Assembly (NCBI RefSeq): GCF_001194135.2
Contig: NC_068982.1
Coordinates: forward strand, 94,986,640-95,046,031
DNA length: 59,392 bases
Source: Octopus bimaculoides
Taxonomy: Eukaryota
Direction of reading: 5' to 3'
The translations under genes and the position numbers were made by a program. Under the pieces are notes generated by a model. The model was given only the letters and a program-made list of their open reading frames with translations. It did no database searches and was not told the DNA's origin. This document shows, in pieces, positions 38,365-52,189 of this stretch. Within the stretch, counting starts at the first letter, position 1, and each line of letters begins with the position of its first letter.

Positions 38365-38396
<32 letters not shown>

Positions 38397-38455
38397 CTTT
38401 AAATCAGCAATTTTAATATTGCTTAATTGACATAATTGGCTTAACACACTACAAG

Positions 38456-38551
<96 letters not shown>

Positions 38552-40370
38552 GCATATATTTGAGTCATACTTCCATATTGCTTCATGAAGTGTTATGTAG
38601 TTTGAAGCACATTATATTCAACTTCAATATTCATTATCCCACCAATTGGACAAATAGGTCTCAATGCTATCACTAGAAACATAGAAAGAAATGCTGGTAA
38701 ATATGTAAAACATATTTTTAACGTAATAATTTCAGCTTTGGAATGTGTTCTTTACACAAATGCGTACACACACACACACACACACAAGCGTGAATATGTA
38801 TGTATGTATGTATGTATTTATACGCACATTTTAAAGGGCATATTAAAGAGTTCAGCGCAGCCAATGAGTAAGCATTACATATTTTCAGCAAAACTCCAAA
38901 ATAGATATCTAGGAAGAAAATTAGTGATACTACACCTATTAACTTCTGTTACAGCTGTGTAAATTATAATGGTCATAGATTTTGAATAAACTGTACGACA
39001 GGAGTACGGGTTGTGAAAATTGTGAAAAATATGTTACTCTGCCTGCCGTCATGTAATGCACATGCGTGTATGCTTTTGTTCGTATACATGTAAGTATACA
39101 CACTTATATATATNNNNNNNNNNNNNNNNNNNNNNNNNNNNNNNNNNNNNNNNNNNNNNNNNNNNNNNNNNNNNNNNNNNNNNNNNNNNNNNNNNNNNNN
39201 NNNNNNNNNNNNNNNNNNNNNNNNNNNNNNNNNNNNNNNNNNNNNNNNNNNNNNNNNNNNNNNNNNNNNNNNNNNNNNNNNNNNNNNNNNNNNNNNNNNN
39301 NNNNNNNNNNNNNNNNNNNNNNNNNNNNNNNNNNNNNNNNNNNNNNNNNNNNNNNNNNNNNNNNNNNNNNNNNNNNNNNNNNNNNNNNNNNNNNNNNNNN
39401 NNNNNNNNNNNNNNNNNNNNNNNNNNNNNNNNNNNNNNNNNNNNNNNNNNNNNNNNNNNNNNNNNNNNNNNNNNNNNNNNNNNNNNNNNNNNNNNNNNNN
39501 NNNNNNNNNNNNNNNNNNNNNNNNNNNNNNNNNNNNNNNNNNNNNNNNNNNNNNNNNNNNNNNNNNNNNNNNNNNNNNNNNNNNNNNNTATATATATAAA
39601 GCATGAGATAAAGAGTCCAATGGCATAAGTAAATTTATATTTTATGTAGAATGTCTTACAGCTGTTTCAGGGAAAATTCAATGTATCCCTTCATCGGAGA
39701 TGGTAATAGTAGAAGAATGGATTATTACATCTATATGAGGAGATTTGCAGTAAGAAATGAGAGAGATGCGGAACGACTCCATTACATTTCATAACCTTTA
39801 TATATATATATATATATAACAACAACACCGAGTTTAAACAATCTTTTTATCTTATATTCAGCAGCGTCGGATGTGTATCGTATTGTACAGACAAGATGTT
39901 ATTCCGAACGCAGTATAAATTATTGCCCTAATAAAACAGAAAAAATTATCAACGATCAGCCACGGGACAGTTTAGCTTAATGGCAGAGTATTCAGGGATT
40001 CAGTTTCAACTTCTTTTGGTTGTTTGTTGACAAATATGCATATATACATATATGTGTGTGCGTGTATTTAATATACTAGTACATATTTACGTACATAGAT
40101 ATATTTACAATTAGACATTTATATAATATTTCATATACAACATATATTTAATAATCGTCCTCTCTATTGCTACATTCTGGCGTTGTAAATAGAAAAAATA
40201 TAAACGCATCACCGCTACCACCAGTTCTAAATTAATAAGATAATGTACGGATATGTTGGCCTTCCAGACAGATGAATTAGAACTCGATCCATGAAGAAGA
40301 GTATTTAAATGTTTATTAGCCGAAGTGCGGTCGTGTCCTCTTACCCACATTCACTTAATCATTCTCTCTC

Positions 40371-40415
<45 letters not shown>

Positions 40416-40472
40416 TGCACCGTACACACAAGCACATGCTTGAATATATGAGTATGTGCATATATGTATATA

Positions 40473-40511
<39 letters not shown>

Positions 40512-40587
40512 CAAATTTATAAAGAATATTCAAAAGGAATAATTTATTGAACTTATATTAAGTGCTCTATTACTTTGAGCAAATTGA

Positions 40588-40904
40588 TATATATATATGT
40601 TTTTATATTATTAATAAAATTAATAAAATTATTAACAATATTCACAGGAAATCAATATTCAAATTTCTGAAAGACATATGTTTTATATGACATAGTAATC
40701 ATTTTGAATTATAATTAAATTAAAATTAAGATTAAAGATATACATGTATATTTTGTATATCTTTAAGTTTAATTTAATTATAATTCAAAATGATTACTGT
40801 GTCATATAAAACATATGTCTTTCAGAAATTTGAATATTGATTTCCTGTGAATATTGTTAATAATTTTATTAATTTTATTAATAATATAAAAACATATATA
40901 TATA
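40588..40904. repeat. Near-perfect AT-rich palindrome, arms about 151-157 bp
   Basis: 40588-40744 is the reverse complement of 40754-40904 apart from one substitution and a small indel region near the centre; 9-nt loop. Confidence 0.95.
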
Positions 40905-40922
40905 AATATATATATATATATG

Positions 40923-41030
<108 letters not shown>

Positions 41031-41272
41031 CTGTTGTGCCTGGGGTGAGTCATTCTCTTTTAGTGCCTTGTAATTTAAAACACTCACCAGTAAAACTTCC
41101 ACTTCTTTCTGTTTTTTTTTATTTTTCTAAAATTTTCGTTGCGTCTTGCAACCATTTCAACCCTTTCAACGCAAACTTTAGAAAAATATAAAAGAAATCA
41201 GTGGAAATGTTAGCGATGAGTGTATTAAATTATAAGGCACTAAAAGAGAATGACTCTCCCCAGACACAACAG
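41031..41272. repeat. Imperfect foldback (MITE-like), 242 bp
   Basis: Arms 41031-41141 and 41167-41272 (CTGTTGTGCCTGGGG... / ...CCCCAGACACAACAG); the ORF track shows the mirrored peptide SVLNYKALKENDSPQ on both strands. Confidence 0.9.
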
Positions 41273-41537
41273 AATATGCTTCAACACACGAACTCACATA
41301 AAGAATCTTGCAAACGACATCCCAAACCGAAATATATATATATATATATATATAATATACACGCGTGTGTATGTGTGCGTACAAACATACATGCATACAC
41401 ACACACACATACACACACACACACACACNNNNNNNNNNNNNNNNNNNNNNNNNNNNNNNNNNNNNNNNNNNNNNNNNNNNNNNNNNNNNNNNNNNNNNNN
41501 NNNNNNNNNNNNNNNNNNNNNNNNNNNNNNNNNNNNN

Positions 41538-41577
<40 letters not shown>

Positions 41578-43229
41578 CACTCATATAGCATAGTTATTCT
41601 TTTGTTTTTCTGTCAACTTTTAAATCTCGACGAAGCTATTAGGGCCTAGAGAAACAATTTATTACGAAGCAGCATCTTATGTAATCATTAATTCGATTAG
41701 TTAATTGATGTAATCAGTTACGATCACTTATTTAAATTCCAATAGGTATTTCTAATAAAACGGAAAGTACATTAGATGTCTTTCATCTTTCATCTTTCAT
41801 CTTTCATACTAACAAACGGTGAATGATTTATTTGTTATTCAATGTCTTTTTATTGAATGTTGATCAATTCTATCGCATTCGGTAAAAATCTCCATTATAT
41901 AATAGTTTCCGTTTTCCAAAATGTAATCGTTAAATTAGCTTCTTGGACAATAAATCATTTGGCTGATTTCGTACGTTTTCTTTTGTTCAATTCCAAGATA
42001 AATGTAATCAAAGAAAACAATGCTTAAAAGGAATCATCCTCTTGTTCACTTGAGCCTTCAACATTATCTCAGGTACAGATTTTACTGAATGCTGGAATTA
42101 ACATTCCGAAGTAATTCGAACTAAATCAGAGATGCGTTCAGGAAACATCATCAACAGGCTTGGGTGCATTCATCTTCCCAGCACAGATTCTAAGAGATAC
42201 TTTGTATTATGTAAATCGCATTGCCAAATGTTACGTTCTCATTCAAACCCATTTTGAATTACTTAAGTGAAGCATCTTTTGTTACTATTCTTAAATATTG
42301 ATCAGCGAAAAGAAAGATTTGATTATGACGTCGATCCAGTCGCACAGCTAGAGGCCGCAAAAGTTGTGTAGTTTATAAGAGAGCAAGTAATTAAAATGTT
42401 TAGATGGAGAAAGAATGTAATATGTTCAATAATGACGAGAATCTAAAAACTGATTATTTTGTAATTCACTGAAGAACATAAGATGTTGCTTCTCGAGGTA
42501 AATGTCTGTATGAATAATGATTGAGTCTACGACTCGAAACTTTTTTGATTGTATGGACAAAAGAAAAACAACATATCTATACCTCTAAAAGAAAGATAAT
42601 GATCATCTAAATCTTATCAAGTTTACCTAAGTAATTATATAATCCAATGCAGTTATTAAGAATCTAAATTTCGGATATATATACACATATAAAGTAAGTA
42701 AATAATTGTTACTTCGCGTATTCTCATAAACTATATAATATGCGCATAAATACATCATCAGCAGTGATATCTAGAGTCATTAAGTAGTTCAAGTCTTTCG
42801 ACATTTAGAAATTCTGGTTCAAGTAAAGCATTAGGAATTATCAAGACCCGGTTTCTGTCCCAACAGCGCTGCCCTTTGAAACAACATCTGCTGCCTTGGT
42901 AATCGTCTTGATGACATTCCAACTAAACTAAAACAGTTATTTTTAATGAATATTATTTCTGGATATGTCAGTTATAAAAATAAAATGAGTTCAGATTGAT
43001 TTTGAATACTATAGGATATCATTTCGTTGCCTACTTATAAAGGTTAATAGGTAAACATAACTGGTTCGGCAGTGAGCTGAAAGTCTTGTAGAATTTCACT
43101 CATCTCTTTGTGTCCTGAGTTTAAACCTCTCAACAATTGGTTATCCTTTTTAGCTTTTTTTCCTTTTCTTGCGCGATATAAATACAAATGGGGATCCAAG
43201 ATATGTGAGTTCGTGCGTGCCTAGAACAG

Positions 43230-43535
43230 CGGTTAAGAACTATTAAGCAATATCAAAACAACTGGTACTCTGTCGGTTGCGACGACGACGAGAGTTCCAG
43301 TTGATTCAACTAATGAAACACTTTGTAGACACGCGTACTCATAACGTAGTTTTCAGTGTGACTCAGCATGGTACAGAATGTGTCATGGTTGGCGCCTTGA
43401 AATACAGGTATAATCCATTTTTGCCAGCTAAATGGACTGGAGCAACGTGAATTAAACTGTCTTGCTCCAGGGCACATCAAGCCACCGAGAATCGAACTAG
43501 AAATCGAACTTACAATCGTGAACCGAATGTCGTAA
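43230..43535 (-). mobile_element. tRNA-derived SINE, family C
   Basis: Reverse strand starts GGCTTAGTGGTTACGACATTCGG (A-box-like), has a GTTCGATT B-box and TGCCCTGGAGCAAGACA core; its 3' part resembles 43760-43870. Confidence 0.65.
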
Positions 43536-43759
43536 CCACTAAGCCTTCATTGTTATCCAAATAGTTAAATAATTTCAAAAATTGACAAGAATTCAATAAT
43601 CCGATATTTTGTTCAATATCTGTGAAGTGAATTTCTTACTAAGAGCCACGCTCTCCAATACTTTTATTCATGATTCTTTTGTACCATAGTCGACAATAAG
43701 GATTCAGGTTGGCAATATCAGACTGATGAAGTTATAATCGTCCATTTTATCAAAAACTG

Positions 43760-44080
43760 ACATTCCGTCGGTTACAACGACGAGTGTTCCAGCTGAACCG
43801 ATCAATGGAGCAGCCTGTCCGTAAAATTAATGAGCAAGTGACTGGGCACTTCACGGATACGCGTACACTTAGCAAAGTTCTCAAGTCCAGCAATTTCATG
43901 AGTGTAGATAAGTCGATTACAACAACCCTAGTGGTCAACTGATACTTATTTTATCGACCCCGAAAGGATGAAAGGCAAAGTGAACTCCGGGCGGAATTTG
44001 AAGTCAGAACATAAATACGGATGAAATGCACTAAACATTTTTCCAGGTGTGGTAACGATTCTGCCACTTCTGAGCCTTAA
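43760..44080 (-). mobile_element. SINE with family A head and core and a family C-like 3' part
   Basis: TTTTATCGACCCCGAAAGGATGAAAGGCAAAG...GGAATTTGAAGTCAGAAC; GTCGGTTACAACGACGAG...TTCCAG is shared with about 43275. Confidence 0.75.
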
Positions 44081-44883
44081 CTCCATCTAATACGAATGAA
44101 GTAATTCTTTATAGAACAAAATTCAAGTTTAATGTTAGATTGTATGCCATTGTCTCTCATATTGAAGTCACTCACCATTAGTTACTGCTTTATATGGCCG
44201 CTTCCTATCGAATCAACTTATATAGTCTTTATTATTTAGAATTGAAGCTCTGCAACTGACTTCTTAAATATATTTTCTAACTGCTATACTTTGATGCTCG
44301 AAATAAATATAAGCTGAATTAGAGAAACTAGAGATTCCTCGTTAGAATATTAAGTCTGTAAACTAAACAGAAATAGAGTAGATGCTCTTTCAGGATTGTG
44401 TTAAGAAGAATTTGAAAACTGTCCTTAAGCTATATACACAAATGATATTAAAATCTCATTTTCATTCGTGTTATATAATGTGAACATTTTAACACCATTA
44501 ACGTGGATGTTAGCAGTAAATAATCTTCATAACAAAACTGAGTATACTGAAATATACATACGATCTTATGCTATCTGTAATATGAGAAAACGCTTTAATT
44601 AATTTCAGTTGACGTTTGTCAAACTAACACATTCAGTATGCAGAATATGTCAGAAGCTCCGCTTTCCTAACCACTTTCTCTCGTCAATTTTGTATTTTAA
44701 ATTATGATAATTTTAATAGAAAGATTATGTTTACATACGAATACTACTTGCAGGCTCTATATATATAAAGTATTGTTCAAACTGTATATAAGATGTAATT
44801 ACAACAGATGAAAAGGCTGCCTTGAATGCAATAAGAGAAATAAAGAAACTGTCAAGAGTTACACGAAACGTCATCCCATTATC

Positions 44884-44937
<54 letters not shown>

Positions 44938-45050
44938 TTTCTCTCTCTTTCCGTCTCTCGTTCTCTCTCTTCTCTCTCATATATGTGTGTATATATATAC
45001 ATACATACATACGTAGCACATACATACATACATACATACATACACACATA

Positions 45051-45910
45051 CAAGGTGCTTGGACTAAATGTGTCGATTTTTAAAGTCATGTTTTAAAGGG
45101 AACAGCTTAGATGTATTTGTGAAAAGTGAACGACGTTGAAGAGCATAAAACTTGTGGTGGAGAAAAAGTTAGCCGCCATGTAGGACTGGAAGCCATCTGA
45201 ATATATGAGGCTATTTACCTGAATCACGATGATTCGCGCTTGTTAACATACTGCCGACATCATGGCTGCTGCTCAATGCTCAGTGAATCCTGTAAAGTCT
45301 GTAATATGTAACATGGACAGCTACAACGGAGTCTACGATGTCGTGGCCCGCAGGAAGTGACGCAAGGCCGGAGTTCAATCTCACAAATTAGAACGGGGCC
45401 TTCGGTTCAAATCAAGCGGCTATGTGAAATTGCTGGAGACTGCCATCAATCCTTGGCTGGAAAGGGTTGCAGCTGGAATGTGATATACAAGGTAGCCGTG
45501 TTCGGCTCCTTGATATGCCTTCGGAAAAGTCAGAAGTGTTTTATCGAAGAATGTCTACGACTTCGCCAGCCCAAATTTCTGACCTCCTAATTTCCACAAT
45601 TATAATCCCAAGGATTACAGTGTGGGTCGTGATTGAGATAGACATGAACTGCCTCGCCTGCAACACCAAGGCCGAGCTGGTGGTCGAGATCAAGGAGATG
45701 ATCGATGATGTTCCCAGGGACACAGTCATCAGACGCATGTGTCAGGTACCGGAGACGCCTTGAGGCTGTGGTGAAAGCCGAAGCCGGCTAATTTATGTAA
45801 GCTGTTATGTCCTAGCGGTAATCTATTTATCGTTTGATTTGAAAAAAACTTTTATTGATTGATTTATTTATTTGAATGAGATATTCTATTTACTTATTTT
45901 TTCATAGACA
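45051..45910 (+). mobile_element. Internally deleted maT/DD37D-like (IS630-Tc1-mariner) transposon
   Basis: YVKLLETAINPWLERVAAG and frameshifted xPPNxxxxNPxDYxVW...NTKAELVxxIKE...PRDTV...RLEAVV; its 5' part is homologous to 50236-50540. Confidence 0.7.
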
Positions 45911-45964
45911 GTGTTAATTTTCGTCCATATATGTATATATATATGTATGTGTGTGTGTGTGTGT

Positions 45965-46039
<75 letters not shown>

Positions 46040-46045
<6 letters not shown>

Positions 46046-46400
46046 CGACAATCGGCTGAAAAGTTCAGAGGGTGAGCAAGATACTCTAATGGAATGTGAC
46101 CAACTGAGGTTTCTCACACTTCGTCTATCAGTCTTGCACTACTTGGGTCCCATTGGTGAAGAAGCTTTCACCCTGTTGGTCAAAAATCTCATCAAATGCA
46201 GATATGACATCATCATCATGCTGGAAAAACAGATGATAGTGAGGTGGAACCAAATCAAGATAATAGGGAGGATGATCAACCAGTTCAAAACTACGGTCAG
46301 GCACAGTAACCATTGAAAGTAACTACTTCTGTGCTGGGGCATTGTCCTGATGAATCATGACCCCTTTTGCCATATATTCCTGGGCGCTTGGCGTCATGCA
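46040..46400 (-). mobile_element. mariner fragment, same family as 4231-4790
   Basis: FELVDHPPYYLDLVPPHYHLF (cf. HPPYSPDLAPSDxHLF); shares ATGGAATGTGAC and CATTGTCCTGATGAA with the 4.2-kb copy. Confidence 0.85.
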
Positions 46401-46475
46401 GAAAATAGATGTTATATATATGCATATGCTTGAGTGTGTGTGTGTGTGTGCGCGTGTGTGTGCGCGTGTGTGCGC

Positions 46476-46510
<35 letters not shown>

Positions 46511-47957
46511 TGTGTGTGCGTGTGTGTGTATAAATTCATATACACCTATATATATATATTCATACATACATAAATGCTTACATACTTATATATAATCACA
46601 CATGTTTATGTAAATATACATGGACGTATGTCTTATGTAAGTATATACGTTTATAGACATACATACGCACGCACGCCCACACACACACGCATAACTTAAA
46701 TAGCTGTAGACTTGCGCACGTTATACACATTTGTGTTATTCTGGATTTTACTACCTTTTTCTAACTTCTATATAAGTTACTCCGGTGCATTTTCTGTTTC
46801 TAATAGTTGCGAAGAATATTTCTACATATGTTTTCTGTTATTTGAGTACAATTTCCTTTGATTTACAAATGTATGCCTTCTCTGAAAAGTGAACATGTTT
46901 TTCTTCTGCATAATTCTTAAACTGAGGAAATTTCCCACCGAAGATACATTTCAAGACCAAAGGTGTAAACTTAGAAATGCAAGTGAGGAAATCTCATTTA
47001 GATTTTTTTTAATATTACTAGTCGTTATTCTTACTGCTATGCCTACATTTCTTACGTTATTGTTGACTTTAGGGACAGTAATGTTAAATTAACGTTCGAC
47101 AATTTATATTATGCAAGAAATGTGTTTTACAAAATGTGTTTCATATAAGGTGAGAAATCATCATGACAATCGGAAAAATATTGGAATACAGAAAAAAAGT
47201 TTGGCATGGTTCTTAAATCTCATCTATCTTACTTTCAAAACGTTTCATAGTATCTAAATAAATGTGGATAATATTTTCTTCGTCTCTGTTTTTCTAGATA
47301 TCTTTCTTTTGCAAAATCTTTCAAAGTGAGACAGTTATGTAAAGTTTGAGTTGAGTTCGTGCTTAATTTTGGTTAATTTCTTTATTATTTCATTTAATAT
47401 TTTTAAATATAAAGAACTTTCAAATTTGAGAAAAATTAAAACTAAAAATTCGGTGTTGCTACAATAATAGTAGGATTTAGAGAAGGTTAAATATATGGAG
47501 TATCAAAGAGCGGAAATAAATAATTTACAATATTTAGTGCCATCTCTACACAGCATTTAAAATCTGTTAAACTTGCTTTGCTTTGTTATTTCACTGATTC
47601 TATATAAGTATCACTCCTGTATTTGATCTGATTAGCTCCCCCTCTCTCTATCGCTATCTCTTTCGCGCGCGTGAAAAACATGTAGACTTGAGCCAATGTT
47701 AGAAATTATCATTTAGATTTGAGAGCCGTCTTGTGTCGACTTTGTTTTTATAAAATATGGTCAATGAAATTAGGATCAGAACAATACTACAGCAGTAGAA
47801 ATATATTCTGTTAAGTATGAATCATAATTATTTAAAACAGTACAAAGGCCTCGATTCAGCTGTCATGAATGTAACAAAGACATGAACGAAATTTGGATCA
47901 AATTTCATTAGTAATATAGATGTAACAAATATTTGAATGAAATTTTACAGCTTTGTA

Positions 47958-49211
47958 TTAGGTTGTCAAGTATGAAATTTGTAGTAAGGTATATGGTAAA
48001 ATTTGACAGCTGTTATATTTTTACAATCTTTATTTCTTGATAGAAAGCTAACACATCTATTTCTTTATTCTAACTCATTTTGAGCCTTATAAAGTATTTA
48101 AAAATCGTTTTATTCTATGTTTGTTAAGAGATAAGTCGGAAATTCGTACAGGTTTGAAATATGAGTTCCTTCTTGGGAATATGGCATTACAGACAGCTCG
48201 GAATATTAATGGAGTATTTCATTCTAATGTTATTATACCGCAGACAGTATCAAATTTGGCTTGCAAAATTTCGTTCTAGTAACTTTTACCTCAAAAATGA
48301 GCGACGCGTCGACCAGAAACAAAGGTGGATAATGACGAACTGAAAGCCACCGTCGAGTGAGATCCCTCTCAAAGTGCCTATGAATTATCGTTGTTGTTTC
48401 GTGTTAGCAAGAAAACAATATTGATTCACCTATTCCAAATTGGTAAAGTGTAACAATCTTCCACATAAACTCAATGAAAATTAGAAACTGCAAAGTGAGG
48501 AAGCTTGCATAATGCTACTTTCTCGTCACAAAAATGAATCATTTTTGAATCGAATTGTTACATGTGATGAGAAATGGATCCAATACAACAACCATAAACG
48601 TTCAGCACAATGTTCAGACAAAGCCGAGCCACCAAAACGCAGTCCAAAAAGCAAAATTCATCAAAAGAAGCTCATGGTGAGTGTTTGAAGGTCTGCCGCA
48701 GGTGTGATCCCTTATGATATCCTTAAACCTAGCTCATCAATCACCACCAAAGTATACTGCAGCCAGCTGGACCAAATGATGCAGAAATTTACAAAAAACA
48801 GCCTAGATTAGGCAACAGATCCACTCCTATTTTATTGCAAGACAACGCCAGACCACTCATCAAAATATGACATTGGTGACAATACAGGAGTTGGAGTTGG
48901 CGTTGGAAGTTCTCCATCATCCGGATATTCACCTGCTTTTACCCCTACTGACTACCACTTCTTCCAGAATTTGAATAACCTTTTGATAGGAAAAAAAATT
49001 AATTTCGACGATGCTGTAAGACAGGCCTTCCAAGATTTTATTGACTCTAGATTGCCAAACTTTTACAGTTCCGGATTGGACAAGCTACCGCTGAAAGGGC
49101 AAAATTGTATTGACAAAATAGGTGCATATTTTGATGAATAAAACTATCCCTTGTATTTATAAGACATTAGCAAACTTTTCTTTTCTGCAAATTTCATACT
49201 TGATGACCTAA
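47958..49211 (+). mobile_element. Full-length decayed mariner (cecropia/Hsmar1-like), 1254 bp
   Basis: TIRs TTAGGTTGTCAAGTATGAAATTTG / CAAATTTCATACTTGATGACCTAA (22/24), TA on both sides, FLNRIVTCDEKWIQYNN, QDNARP and degenerate YSPxxxPTDYHFF; several stops and frameshifts. Confidence 0.92.
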
Positions 49212-50235
49212 TATCAAAGATAACAGGCACTATTATCAAGTGAGTCTCGTATGCAGGGCTGTGAAAGAAAAAAATGGAATTTTATCGCATTACGGTTCTT
49301 TTACTATGTATAGTGACCTAAAATAATATGACTTAGGTGGAATGTCATGTCGGTTTGTAAATCAAAATAAGGAATAAGTTATGGGATTCCTGTAGCAGGG
49401 AATATTTACCGGAATATCTCTTATCAGTTGAAGGAAAATATTGTTTTTATGTTATATATAAATAGTTTGTAAAGGGAGAAAGTGTAAAATGAAGAGTTGG
49501 GCTTTTGAAACAAGTCGCTTATAAAGTGCAATGCTTAAGTTAAATGAAATAGCTTCGGCTACCACCTAAACCCACATCACTGTCACAACACATCTCATTG
49601 CTGTCTATCTATTTATATATTGGCAATACAATTCAAGTACAGTTAAAGACCATTCGCAATGGTAAACCATATGTTGTAAATAAAAGAGTAGAAAATTAGA
49701 AAATTCAAATGATGGTCATTTACTTTCGACAATATCATTTTCATTCGGGAAGTTTCTGTTTCATAACCGTAAATATAAATGGAAAATATCCTGTGTCTAA
49801 TATGCAGTAAGCACGAAACTGCAAGGTGATATTTATTCGGTAAATGTGATTACACGAAATATTACACGTCTACGGATTAGAAATTTGTTTCTTTTTTACA
49901 CAAGCATATAAAATGAATGACTTAATGCAGCATATAAAATATACAGTCCTGCTATAGCCATGCCAACATGTCAACTGATAATAACTATGGATGGTATTGA
50001 TATATTTAAACCTAATACCGAAGTCGTGTATAACTCTCTATCATAGTTGATATCTAATATCCGCATACACGTGTGTGCGTGTTTGTATATATATATGTGT
50101 GTATGTGAATGTGTGTGTATGTGTGTGTATGTGTGTGTGAATGTGTGTATGTGTGTACATATGTATGTACATATACATGTATGTATGTATGTATGTATGT
50201 ATGTATGTATGTATGTACGTATGTATGTATGTATG

Positions 50236-51030
50236 CAGAGTGTTCGGGCTAATTTTGACGCTCTCTTATATCTCAATTTTTTTTAGGAACAGCTTGATGT
50301 ATTGCTGAACATCTGTCAACGGGGCTGGAGAGTATAGAAATTAAAGTTGTAGTTGAGAAAAAGTGAGCTGATATGGAAGACAGGAAATCATCTGAATATT
50401 GGTAAAGTGTCATCTGTATAATAATGATTCATGCCGGTTATCAAAATGCTGATATCATGACTGCTGCTCAATGCTCAGTGAACTATTTAAAAGCTGTAAG
50501 ACGTGACATGGACAGCTGCAATGGAAATTATAAAGCTATGGCCAGTGGGAAAGGGCACAGCAGATGTTCTGACTTTCTTGGCACACTGGAATGCTTCAGA
50601 CAACAGCAGAAAAAGGTGAAGTAAGTTTTGAGCGAGGGAATCCGGATCTGGCCAGAGAGATGGGTGTTGGATTCGTCACCATGAAACTGATCTTGAATGT
50701 GAATATTCACTAACAAGAGAGAAATTCTGATACTCGTGGTCAAGGAGAATCGCTTGACGAAGGCAAAGAAAGCTCCTGAACAAGCAGAGTTAAGTCATTC
50801 TATTGAGCCAGAGATGATCTGGTTCTTCTCAGATGAAAAGACTTGCCAGGAACAGTTGCACAAAATCCAGAAAAATAGGTAGCTTACGTACAATCCTTGT
50901 AATGTCCCATGTATCATGAGAGCCAAGTTACCCCAAACTGAAACTGTGATGATCTTTGGATGTATCCTGCGAACGTGACGTCATTCCGGCCACATCACTG
51001 AACAGGGACTTCGCTCAGTTCAGATGGCTA
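50236..51030 (+). mobile_element. maT/DD37D-like transposon, 5' two-thirds
   Basis: Homologous to 45051-45350 (ATCATGxCTGCTGCTCAATGCTCAGTGAA); WFFSDEK first catalytic Asp near 50820. Confidence 0.75.
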
Positions 51031-51039
51031 CGTGTGGGT

Positions 51040-51930
51040 GACAGCGGAGCCAAGCTCCTCAATGTGAAAGTATTACCAGTGGCTGAATGGGGTCAAAAGT
51101 TATTTTGATTCGTGGACCAATCAGTAAAGGAGTTAGTCTTTCCAGACTTTTTAACTATGGCTGGGAGCAGGTACCCGGTGATTCTTGAGGGTCACCCTCC
51201 CCCCAGGTGTCATCGGTGCCTGGAGCCTGGCCATATAAAGAAAAACTGTCTCTATGACCAAAGGAAGGTCCTGGAGCAGTTGGTCGAGACCTCTGTAGAA
51301 GAGGGAACGGAGGCGCCTAGGAGGTGAAGGGCTCCTCAAAGAAGGGCCGCAAGAGGAAGGTGAGCAACAATGGATGCTCACCGAAGGATCCTAGGGATGA
51401 GAGAGGGGAGGCGGAGCTCCCGATCACGAAGAAAACTCATCCTCCATCAGTTAAGAAGAAAAAAGGAAAAGAGGAAGAGAAACGGGACATTGCCGGCAGT
51501 CGGTGACATAGTGCCGGAATGTCCCGGAACCTCGTCGATAGGGGTTGCACCACCGGCGGGGGAAGAGCGACCGTCGGTGGGAATTGTTCCGCCGACGTTA
51601 GAAGTGACTACCTCGTCCCCGCAAGTAGATGAAGTATTGGTCTTCTTCTACAGAGGCGGAGAGGTGGAGAAGGTGTTGGAGAAGCACCATAAGGAATGGC
51701 CTCCTTAGACAGCTGTGGAGGTCATAACGTTGCTCGTGTTGCATAGGCTGGAGACGCTCAATGAGGAGTATCGTTTGTGACCGGGCGACGTTGACACGGC
51801 ACCCGCTTTGTGCTGGAATGAGGCGTAGGCAATGACGGGGTAAGTGGTCACTAGCGATACTAAAGAGGAATATGGGTATAGGGTCGAAAGCCTCAGTATT
51901 GTGAAGTGATAAGAGGTTTGAAACCTAATT
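51040..51930 (+). mobile_element. Tx1/L1-like LINE ORF1 remnant with CCHC zinc knuckle
   Basis: GC-richer island; PPPRCHRCLEPGHIKKNC (CX2CX4HX4C) followed by basic, low-complexity sequence. The Tx1 assignment is inferred from the Tx1 ORF2 pieces elsewhere in the window. Confidence 0.6.
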
Positions 51931-52189
51931 TTGTTTTTAACAAAGTACGAGGCGTAATGCCTCATTTTTATCTATCGATGAATAATTATGAACAATTGTA
52001 AGAGGTTTATTACCTCATCTACAATAAATAAGAGAACAATGGTTTCGGGAAACAAACAATCGACGGGCGTTGCTTGTTTGCCCCATTAATCATCATTTTC
52101 ACTTTTCATCTCATATAACATTATGTCTGTGTCCGGCCCGCAGCTTCCTTTTTCTCTGTGTAAGGTCATTATAGCCAATTTAATGAAAT

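Noticed and set aside
43720-43730. CTGATGA motif (also at about 4593 and 46348)
   Set aside because: No hammerhead stems; two of these lie in mariner coding sequence.
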